Origin: Bacillota bacterium
GTDB taxonomy: Bacteria > Bacillota > Clostridia > Christensenellales > UBA1242
NCBI GenBank assembly: GCA_009784185.1
Contig: WRCD01000001.1
Span: 55,255-119,254 of the forward strand
Length of the DNA stretch: 64,000 bases
Reading direction: 5' to 3'
Under the pieces are notes generated by a model, which saw only the letters and a list, made by a program, of their open reading frames with translations, was not told the DNA's origin and searched no databases. How positions within the stretch are numbered: position 1 is the stretch's first letter; the number at the start of each line of letters is the position of its first letter. This document shows positions 6,965-13,864 of the stretch, piece by piece. Position numbers and translations under genes: made by a program.

Positions 6965-8461
6965 TTAAAAGCTCTTCAGCACATCATCGTCTTCAAGGTT
7001 GTCCATGGCTTGCAGGGTTACGGCCTTGTCTTCGGCGGGTGTGGATTTGCGTTTTTGTTCGGCGGGCATACTGGCTTCAAGGCTGCCTGCATTGGCGGAT
7101 TTAGATAGGTCTTTAAACAGGGTATATTCGCCGTTCCATAGTAATTTAAAGTTGTGCAGCTGGCCGTTTCGGTGCTTGGCAATTATCACTTCCGCTATGT
7201 TCTTTTCGTATTCACCTTCTGCAATATCGTTATACATATCGCTTTTATAAATAAACGCAACAATATCCGCATCCTGCTCAATTGCGCCCGATTCTCTCAG
7301 GTCACTTAACACAGGCCTGTGGTCGCGGCGGGTTTCTACCGCACGGCTTAGCTGGCTAAGTGCAATTACCGGCACGTTCAGCTCTTTTGCCAGTATTTTC
7401 AGGCTGCGTGATATCTCGCTTATTTCCTGCTGGCGGTTATCACTCTTTGACTTGCCGCCAAGTGTCATCAGCTGGAGATAGTCCACCACAACAAGGTCAA
7501 GCCCGTGCTCGCGTTTTAGTCTCCGGCATTTGCTAAGCATTTCGGCGGGAGTTATTAAACTGGAGTCATCTACAAATATCTTGGCCTTGCTTAGTTCCTC
7601 ATGTGCTAGGGTAATGCGCTTCCAGTCGTCCGGCTTAAGCTTGCCGTTTAGCGCGTTGCTCATATTAACTCTGGCCACGGTACATAATGAGCGCTGAGCC
7701 AGTTGCCCGCGGGGCATTTCAAGGTTAAAAACTGCACAAACTTTTTTCTCTTTAATTCCAACGTGCTCTGCTATGTTCATGGCAAGACTGGTTTTACCAA
7801 AACCGGGCCGTGCGGCAATAAGAATCAGATTGCCTTTCTGCAGCCCATGAGTAATGTAGTCCAATTCGTAAAAGCCTGTTTTAAGTCCGCGCCTGCTGTT
7901 TGGGTCTTTATGAATTGCGTTGAAAATATCCAGCACGTCTAAGAGGGTTTCCTTAACCGCAACCAGGTCGCTTCTGTCCTGAGTTTTGGATACTTCAAAT
8001 ATGCTGCGTTCCGCGTAACTCAGTGCTTCGGTTAGGTCGCTTGCCGCATACGAGTTGTCAATTATTCCTTGTGCGCCTTTAATCAGCCTGCGCAGCAGGC
8101 TGTCACGCTTTACTATTTCTACGTAATGCTTAAAGTTGGCGGCAGACGGCACTATGTTGGTTAATGTACTGATATAAGCAATACCGCCGACTGAGGCAAG
8201 AAGGCCTTGTTTTTCAAGTTCGTCGGTAAGCGTAACGTAATCTATAGGCTGGTTTTTAACAAAAACCGATTGCATGCAGCTAAACACGTTTTTGTGGCTA
8301 TCCGTGTAAAAATCGTCCGAAACCATTTCGTTTAATATGGTTATGGGCGCTTCCAGGTCAATTAATACACATCCAAGCACTGCCTGCTCGGCTTCGATAT
8401 TATGCGGAAGAATCCTTGCGGATACGCTCACGTGAGACGTTGGTTTTTTAGTGGTACTCAT
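6965..8461 (-). CDS. dnaB: Replicative DNA helicase DnaB
   Basis: N-terminal PHNIEAEQAVLG, Walker A ARPGFGKTS, and EISRSLK.LAKEL..PVIALSQLSR. It has a C-terminal acidic extension and an AAGGAGA SD. Confidence 0.95.
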   Translation of the reverse strand: MSTTKKPTSHVSVSARILPHNIEAEQAVLGCVLIDLEAPITILNEMVSDDFYTDSHKNVFSCMQSVFVKNQPIDYVTLTDELEKQGLLASVGGIAYISTLTNIVPSAANFKHYVEIVKRDSLLRRLIKGAQGIIDNSYAASDLTEALSYAERSIFEVSKTQDRSDLVAVKETLLDVLDIFNAIHKDPNSRRGLKTGFYELDYITHGLQKGNLILIAARPGFGKTSLAMNIAEHVGIKEKKVCAVFNLEMPRGQLAQRSLCTVARVNMSNALNGKLKPDDWKRITLAHEELSKAKIFVDDSSLITPAEMLSKCRRLKREHGLDLVVVDYLQLMTLGGKSKSDNRQQEISEISRSLKILAKELNVPVIALSQLSRAVETRRDHRPVLSDLRESGAIEQDADIVAFIYKSDMYNDIAEGEYEKNIAEVIIAKHRNGQLHNFKLLWNGEYTLFKDLSKSANAGSLEASMPAEQKRKSTPAEDKAVTLQAMDNLEDDDVLKSF

Positions 8462-8496
8462 TTTTTCTCCTTTCTGTTGGCTGGGTTATGCGCCAG

Positions 8497-8549
8497 CAAT
8501 TCCCCTTTTTAGAAGGGGTGGCAATCACGGAGTGATTGACGGGGTAGCC
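8497..8549. repeat. Solo type-B end (reverse), between the membrane-protein gene and dnaB
   Basis: The sequence is CAATTCCCCTTTTTAGAAGGGGTGGCAATCACGGAGTGATTGACGGGGTAGCC. Confidence 0.75.
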
Positions 8550-8564
8550 AAACGATAGCTGGGG

Positions 8565-8987
8565 TTATTTTTTCTTCTTTCGTTTCTTTTTATGGTTGGG
8601 GTTGTTGTTTCTGGGCTTTGGTTTTACGTCGCCTTTGGCGCCGGCTACCCCGTCAGCTTCGCTGCCACCCCTTCGCGAGGAAGGGGAATTTTGTCCGGGA
8701 AGGTCTTCGCCTGGCTCTGGTTTAGTCTCCTCGTTTGCCTTGTGCAGCGCCAGCTTGGCGGCGTATTGCTTTTCGGCCTTTTTGCGCTGCCGGATTTTTA
8801 GCCGGTGCTCGTAAACAACCTGGCTTACTATTATTGCTACACCCATCAGCAGGGCATCAATAACTACCAGCAGCCAGAAATTTATATGCGGCTCTAATAG
8901 CCAGCTGACCGCAATAATTACCGGCAAGGCAATTAAAATGCCCAGATAATACCGCTTAGCATAATCCCTTAACTCTTTTTTAGTCAT
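8565..8987 (-). CDS. Small two-TM membrane protein with a basic tail partly encoded by a type-B repeat
   Basis: Two hydrophobic helices are followed by a K/R-rich tail. A GAGGAG SD is present. The tail codons ..QNSPSSRRGGSEADGVAG.. coincide with the repeat copy at 8643-8692. Confidence 0.55.
   Translation of the reverse strand: MTKKELRDYAKRYYLGILIALPVIIAVSWLLEPHINFWLLVVIDALLMGVAIIVSQVVYEHRLKIRQRKKAEKQYAAKLALHKANEETKPEPGEDLPGQNSPSSRRGGSEADGVAGAKGDVKPKPRNNNPNHKKKRKKKK
8643..8692. repeat. Solo type-B end inside the coding sequence of the small membrane protein
   Basis: The sequence is GGCTACCCCGTCAGCTTCGCTGCCACCCCTTCGCGAGGAAGGGGAATTTT. Confidence 0.75.
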
Positions 8988-8996
8988 GATTCTCCT

Positions 8997-9054
8997 CTGT
9001 CATTGCGAGTCACACCCGGGTCTTCTTCAAACGAAGCAATCCCAATGGATAGAA
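8997..9054. repeat. Type-C repeat (reverse), abutting the SD of the minus-strand membrane-protein gene
   Basis: The sequence is CTGTCATTGCGAG...CGAAGCAATCCCAATGGATAGAA. Confidence 0.75.
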
Positions 9055-9127
9055 GTGCAAACATATTACCACAAAGAAAGAGAATTGTAAAGTGAATAAA
9101 AGTTGACAGCAAAAGTTGGAAAACCTA

Positions 9128-9156
9128 TTGATATCACTTGCTAATCATGTTATAAT
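9128..9156 (+). promoter_or_regulatory. Promoter TTGATA-17-TATAAT
   Basis: It lies 20 nt upstream of the ATG at 9177, with the SD in between. Confidence 0.55.
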
Positions 9157-9176
9157 AAAGGCAGGAGATTTAAACA

Positions 9177-10127
9177 ATGAGTAAAATTAATAAAGACGAC
9201 TGGAAAGAGCGCATTTTGGGCGGCAATAAAAATCCCACGCCTTTTCAAAAACTGGAGCCGGAGTTTGTGCCTAAGTGGGGAATGCTGGGCTTGGGCGATG
9301 ACGACGAGCGGGAAGAACTTATTAATGTTATGAGCAAGGCTGGTGTGAAGCGTGTTAATTTTTGTTATCCGTTGGACGAGGATTTGAGCCAAAGTCCGGA
9401 GTTAATTATCTATACAATGGACATGGCACGCAGCTTTAAGGACTCCGGGTTTTTGGTGTCGTTTTGCAATATTGATGAGCTGGGCAAGATAAAGGTAATC
9501 AAAAAAGAATTTGGCAATCTTGACGACATATCCTATTTAACCGACGACAGCTGGGTGCCGGCGGTGATGGAGTATTGCACGAAACACAATACTCCATTCA
9601 TTCCAAGCGGACACAACATAGCGGAAATGAAAGCTTATGTTGACGCAGGATATCCTGTTGTGAAAGCAATGCCGTACGCCCAACAGAAGGTGGTAGACGG
9701 CAAGGCGGAAGGAATGTTTGCTGTGCCTGAGTTGCGCCAGAAGATAAACGGAAGAAAAGTTGACCAAGAGCAGTCCGATGTTTTGTTTGCTGCAGGAGGC
9801 GGTCTGGCTCCGCTTTTTACTAAGCCTGTAGGCGGGGCTCCAAAACTTAACTGGGCGTTTAAAGATGCTGCAAAACTGGAAGGAATGGTAATTATAAGTG
9901 CAACTCAACCCGTAAAAGTTTGCTTGCTTGAAAATGGGTGCTCCTGGACCAGCGGCAGTGAAAGCGCAGTGATAGCTAACAGGCTTGACGGAACTCAGAG
10001 CTATTTGAAAACAAAACCATCGCTGAAGCGCACAGAAACCTATTTTAACGCAGTTAAAACAAAGCTTGAAGGCAAAGAAAAAGTAAAGCCGGCAGGTTCG
10101 GCACCATTAAACCAGCGTACACCATAA
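9177..10127 (+). CDS. Hypothetical protein (a segment resembles KDPG/KHG-aldolase-type TIM barrels; weak)
   Basis: A TTGATA-17-TATAAT promoter and an AGGAGA SD lie upstream, and a terminator lies downstream. The segment TPFIPSGHNIAEMKAYVDAGYPVVKAMPY resembles the aldolase ..PG..TP.E...A...G...VK.FP pattern. The functional call is tentative. Confidence 0.6.
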   Translation: MSKINKDDWKERILGGNKNPTPFQKLEPEFVPKWGMLGLGDDDEREELINVMSKAGVKRVNFCYPLDEDLSQSPELIIYTMDMARSFKDSGFLVSFCNIDELGKIKVIKKEFGNLDDISYLTDDSWVPAVMEYCTKHNTPFIPSGHNIAEMKAYVDAGYPVVKAMPYAQQKVVDGKAEGMFAVPELRQKINGRKVDQEQSDVLFAAGGGLAPLFTKPVGGAPKLNWAFKDAAKLEGMVIISATQPVKVCLLENGCSWTSGSESAVIANRLDGTQSYLKTKPSLKRTETYFNAVKTKLEGKEKVKPAGSAPLNQRTP

Positions 10128-10138
10128 AAACTGTTAAC

Positions 10139-10167
10139 AAAAAATTCCCCAGAAGGGGGATTTTTTT
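10139..10167 (+). terminator. Terminator-like hairpin (also resembles the repeat-family terminal hairpin)
   Basis: The sequence AAAAAATTCCCC-AGAA-GGGGGATTTTTTT forms the hairpin. Confidence 0.55.
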
Positions 10168-10185
10168 ATTTGCCCTTTAAGTGGT

Positions 10186-10214
10186 TTACAGTTTGCCCAA
10201 TAATTTGGTATAAT
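10186..10214 (+). promoter_or_regulatory. helD promoter TTACAG-17-(TGg)TATAAT, extended -10
   Basis: The hexamers were read directly from the sequence. Confidence 0.55.
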
Positions 10215-10252
10215 GATACAATCGCAGTGGGAAATACCGGAGGTGAACGCCA

Positions 10253-12247
10253 ATGATGAAAAACGACCCAAAAGAGTTTGAGCTGGAGCAAAAGTATCTG
10301 GCAAATACGCTTACAGCGGTTAATAACCGCTTAGGCAGATTAGATAGTTTCGTGCGGCAGCAGATTGAAGACGTAACCGAAATGAAGCGCCATTTAAGCG
10401 ACGATGCGTGGGACATTGACCCGGAGGAGCTTGTACTGACACATAGCAAGGTAAACAGCCTTGTTGATTTCACCAATGGGCAGATAAGAGAAAGTTATAT
10501 GTTAAACAAGGCGCTTCGCGTGCCGTATTTCGGGCGCATAGACTTTTTGATAGACGGTGACAACGAACCCATGCAGGTATATGTGGGATTAATCGGCATT
10601 GAGGACGCAGGTGAGTATTACGTGTTTGACTGGCGTGCGCCGGTATCCGAGTTGTTTTACGAATCCGGCCTTGGGCGGGCGGCCTACCGGGCGCCGCAAG
10701 GCAAAATGAAGGGCGAGGTAACCCTGAAGCGGCAATATGTAATTAAGCGCGGTGAACTGAAACAGGTTTATGAGGTTGACCTTAATATTGCAGACGAGTT
10801 TCTGCAGGCAATTTTAAGCGAGCACAAAGACACGTCTGTGCTGCACTCAATAGCAAGCAGTATTCAGGCCGAGCAGAACAAGATTATAAGAAACAGCACC
10901 GACAATGTGCTGGTAGTTCAAGGTCGGGCAGGCAGCGGAAAAACCACAGTTGCGCTCCACAGAATAGCGTATATGCTTTACCGCGAGAAAAACATTACAA
11001 GCAGCAACGTGCTTGTGTTCAGCCCAAATTCCGCGTTCAGCAGTTATATTTCGGGCATTCTGCCGGAGCTTGGCGAGGAAAACACCCGTGAGGCTACGTT
11101 TGTTAAGTTTGTTAAAAGAATACTTAAAACCAGCGCCGATATTGAAAGCCAGGATGAGTTTGTAACCAGGTTTGCTAAGCTTAAGGATGTTGAAAAAGCT
11201 GTGGTGCTGGAAAAACTTAATATGGACATAGAAGGCGTGCTGGACAGTTATCTTAAGCGCTTCTGCCGCACATTGCGGTTTACCGGAGAGCTTGAAACCG
11301 GTGCCGGCACAATCAGCGAGCGCGACTTAAATAATATGCTGCATGAGCATTGCATTACCGACAGGGTTCAGGAGCGTATAAGCAACATTGCGGAAAACAT
11401 TGCAATATCAAGCGGCATAAACACTCCAAAAGCGCTTACAAGCTTACGTGACAACCTAATCGGCAGGCTGAATAAAAGCATTAAGCTTACCGACATTTAC
11501 AACGGATTTAATAAAGCTGTGTTTAATCTGCCTCCGCTTGGAGAAAAGCTTAGTTTTGAGGATGCCGTGCTGTTGTGCGTACTTAAAGGCAAGGTGCAGA
11601 ATGTCTTAGTTAAAATGGATGTGCGGCATATTATTATTGACGAGGCGCAGGATTATCCGCTGCTGCTTCTTAAGTTTTTGGTTGAGATTTTTCCGCGCAG
11701 TAAGTTTACAGTATTAGGCGACATTAACCAAAAAACCCTGCCGCTGCCGGATGATACCTTGCTGGCGTTTTCCGATATGTTTAAGGAACACGGCAGTTTT
11801 GTAGTGCTTAATGAGTCTTACCGGAGCAGTGAAGAAATTGTTGAATATGCGGGCAAAATTATAGGCGAGGATTCGCACAATGCTTTCAGGCTTAAGGTCA
11901 ATCGTCCGGTAATTGAGCACAAAGCATCGGAGTTTAACAATACGGTTTTATCAGATGTAGAGTCCTTAATAAAAGCGGGTGACAAAAGCATTGGAATAAT
12001 TGTTGATTCAATTGCTTCCGCTAAAGATGTATACAAGCAGCTCAAGCCAAAACTTGGCTCACGGCTGGGGCTTGTTAACAGCAGTGAGGCGGCAACCTTG
12101 GCTCCTATTATGGTTATTCCGGCGCTGCTTGCTAAAGGGCTGGAGTTTGACAGCTGCGTTGTACTATGTAAGGGTGCGTTAACTCAGGACAACTTGTTTT
12201 ATATAGCCTGCACAAGAGCAATACACGGATTGATTGTTTATTTATAA
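10253..12247 (+). CDS. helD: HelD-type UvrD-like helicase (RNA polymerase recycling factor family)
   Basis: N-terminal coiled-coil region, the PYFGRIDF motif, Walker A GRAGSGKTTVALHRIAYM, and IIDEAQD. A GGAGGTG SD is present. Confidence 0.8.
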   Translation: MMKNDPKEFELEQKYLANTLTAVNNRLGRLDSFVRQQIEDVTEMKRHLSDDAWDIDPEELVLTHSKVNSLVDFTNGQIRESYMLNKALRVPYFGRIDFLIDGDNEPMQVYVGLIGIEDAGEYYVFDWRAPVSELFYESGLGRAAYRAPQGKMKGEVTLKRQYVIKRGELKQVYEVDLNIADEFLQAILSEHKDTSVLHSIASSIQAEQNKIIRNSTDNVLVVQGRAGSGKTTVALHRIAYMLYREKNITSSNVLVFSPNSAFSSYISGILPELGEENTREATFVKFVKRILKTSADIESQDEFVTRFAKLKDVEKAVVLEKLNMDIEGVLDSYLKRFCRTLRFTGELETGAGTISERDLNNMLHEHCITDRVQERISNIAENIAISSGINTPKALTSLRDNLIGRLNKSIKLTDIYNGFNKAVFNLPPLGEKLSFEDAVLLCVLKGKVQNVLVKMDVRHIIIDEAQDYPLLLLKFLVEIFPRSKFTVLGDINQKTLPLPDDTLLAFSDMFKEHGSFVVLNESYRSSEEIVEYAGKIIGEDSHNAFRLKVNRPVIEHKASEFNNTVLSDVESLIKAGDKSIGIIVDSIASAKDVYKQLKPKLGSRLGLVNSSEAATLAPIMVIPALLAKGLEFDSCVVLCKGALTQDNLFYIACTRAIHGLIVYL

Positions 12248-12314
12248 ACAATCAATTATAAAATATAAATTATAAAATATAAATTGCGGATTTTATTTCA
12301 ATAGAGGTGGGGGT

Positions 12315-12668
12315 GTGGTAAACGACAATATCGTAAAAAACAAAAGCGCAGACTTTGCTTTAAGAGTAGTTAATCTTTATAAATATCTGGTTGACGATAA
12401 AAACGAAAAGGTCATGTCCAAACAAATTCTTAGAAGCGGAACAAGTGTTGGCGCAAATGTCTCAGAAAGCGTATATGCATCCAGCAAAGCCGACTTTATT
12501 AACAAACTGCAGATTGCACAGAAAGAAGCAGGCGAAACTGAGTTTTGGATTGAATTATTATATAAGTCTAAATACATTGACCAAAAATTATTTAACAGTT
12601 TAATAAACGACTGCAAGGAACTGCTAAGACTGTTGGCCACCATAATCAAAAATTCTAAAAAATCCTAA
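12315..12668 (+). CDS. Four-helix-bundle protein (23S rRNA intervening-sequence protein / Avd-like family)
   Basis: Its size and pattern fit the family: FALRVVNLYKYL...QILRSGTSVGANVSE...F..KL.IA.KEA.ETEFWIELL. It has a GTG start after a GAGGTGGGGG SD and is visibly more AT-rich than its neighbours. Confidence 0.75.
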   Translation: MVNDNIVKNKSADFALRVVNLYKYLVDDKNEKVMSKQILRSGTSVGANVSESVYASSKADFINKLQIAQKEAGETEFWIELLYKSKYIDQKLFNSLINDCKELLRLLATIIKNSKKS

Positions 12669-12716
12669 ATTTATATTTTATATCTTATAATTTATAATTG
12701 TATCCAAAGGAGACAT

Positions 12717-13283
12717 ATGGAACCAAAACGCGGAAGAGGGAAAACTGTAAATCCGTTTGAGCGGGCAATGCTCAATCTGTTTGTTTATAAATTGAGAAAG
12801 GGAAAAAGCGTGCTAAGCCTTGGCTGCGGTGTGGGCATACCGTACGAGCAGTTTTTGTGTATGCTTAAGTGCGTTATTACCGGCGTGGACGGGGATAAAA
12901 ACGCTGTAGTTCAAGCTATGGTAGATGTGCCGAGAGCTAAGTTTGTTTGTGAAAACATTTTAACATATAATACCAAAGAAACTTTTAACGGGCTGCTTTT
13001 AATTGACGCGCATCAGCACTTGCCAAAGGATACGCACAGAGAGCTGTTTTGCAAGGCAAACAATCTTTTGTGTGAAGAGGGCGTGCTGCTTGTTACGGTC
13101 CCGCCGCAAAATGCAATGGCCGACGGCAAACTATATGACCTGGATACTACAGTTAATATACTGGACGAATGCGGCTTTAAACTTATTGTAAGCGAGAACC
13201 AGACAGAGTACGGAATCAAGAACGACCTGAATTGGGTGCTGCTGCGAAAGAAGCCCACAACCACCAGCCAGATGAAGATGTAA
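12717..13283 (+). CDS. Class I SAM-dependent methyltransferase
   Basis: Motif I VLSLGCGVG and an AAAGGAGA SD. Confidence 0.6.
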   Translation: MEPKRGRGKTVNPFERAMLNLFVYKLRKGKSVLSLGCGVGIPYEQFLCMLKCVITGVDGDKNAVVQAMVDVPRAKFVCENILTYNTKETFNGLLLIDAHQHLPKDTHRELFCKANNLLCEEGVLLVTVPPQNAMADGKLYDLDTTVNILDECGFKLIVSENQTEYGIKNDLNWVLLRKKPTTTSQMKM

Positions 13284-13286
13284 AAT

Positions 13287-13316
13287 AAAAAACCACGCTG
13301 TTTAGCGTGGTTTTTC
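13287..13316. terminator. Bidirectional intrinsic terminator
   Basis: An A6 run, the stem CCACGCT-GTTT-AGCGTGG, and a T5 run lie between convergent genes. Confidence 0.75.
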
Positions 13317-13333
13317 TTTGTGGTTTTTAAGGA

Positions 13334-13498
13334 TTAACCGTTGTTGCGGTTGTTCTTGCGCGCTCTGCGGCAGTCAGAACATCTTACCGGCTTGTTTTCA
13401 AAGCCTTTTTCCTTATAAAACTCTTGTTCGCCAACGGTAAAGATAAATTCTTTTCCGCAGTCTTTGCAAACTAAGGTTTCATCTTGCATAAAGACCAT
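13334..13498 (-). CDS. Small zinc-ribbon protein (54 aa), absent from the supplied ORF track
   Basis: My translation is MVFMQDETLVCKDCGKEFIFTVGEQEFYKEKGFENKPVRCSDCRRARKNNRNNG. It has CxxC...CxxC, an AAGGAG SD 5 nt upstream, and a bidirectional terminator just downstream. Confidence 0.65.
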   Translation of the reverse strand: MVFMQDETLVCKDCGKEFIFTVGEQEFYKEKGFENKPVRCSDCRRARKNNRNNG

Positions 13499-13690
13499 AC
13501 TCCTTTTTAATTCTTAAAACTTTTTTAACTGGACCAAAACCAAAACTCTTTCAGAAAAAGGAGTAAGGGGAAAAGTTTTATACTTAATATTACCATATAA
13601 ATAAAAAATAATCAATAGTTTATGACAAACTTTTTCAATGAACATTTAACACTTAACACTGAACAATGTCGGGTCGCTGACACTCCGATT

Positions 13691-13855
13691 AAAATTCCCC
13701 TCTACAAGAGGGGTGCCCGTAGGGCGGGGTGTGGACAGAGCAAAGACACTCATTATTCTTGCCGCTTACGAATATCAATACTTAGTGAAGAGGTTTGTTT
13801 TTCACATACCCCGCCCCCTCTGGGGGCACCCCTTTATCTTAAAGGGGAATTTTTT
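13691..13855. repeat. Composite element with two inverted type-A ends
   Basis: It begins AAAATTCCCCTCTACAAGAGGGGTGCCCGTAGGGCGGGGTGTGG and ends CACATACCCCGCCCCCTCTGGGGGCACCCCTTTATCTTAAAGGGGAATTTTT. Confidence 0.8.
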
Positions 13856-13864
13856 GAGGTGGCA

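Noticed and set aside
1-9200. oriC / DnaA-box cluster near the mnmE-mnmG-parAB-dnaB region
   Set aside because: I found only isolated TGTGGATAA-like 9-mers, for example inside a CDS near 22072. There is no intergenic cluster and no dnaA or dnaN gene in the window.
12315-12668. Four-helix-bundle (Avd-like) gene as part of a diversity-generating retroelement targeting the giant repeat proteins
   Set aside because: There is no reverse transcriptase gene and no template/variable repeat pair with adenine-specific differences anywhere in the window. The gene is 13 kb from the operon.
13622-13864. N-terminal 81-codon extension of the ATPase ORF in the supplied track
   Set aside because: The extension is a read-through of the composite palindromic element at 13691-13855 and has no ATPase-like sequence. 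A GAGGTGG SD and the canonical N-terminus (MDNFYNY..SGLT..) begin at 13865.
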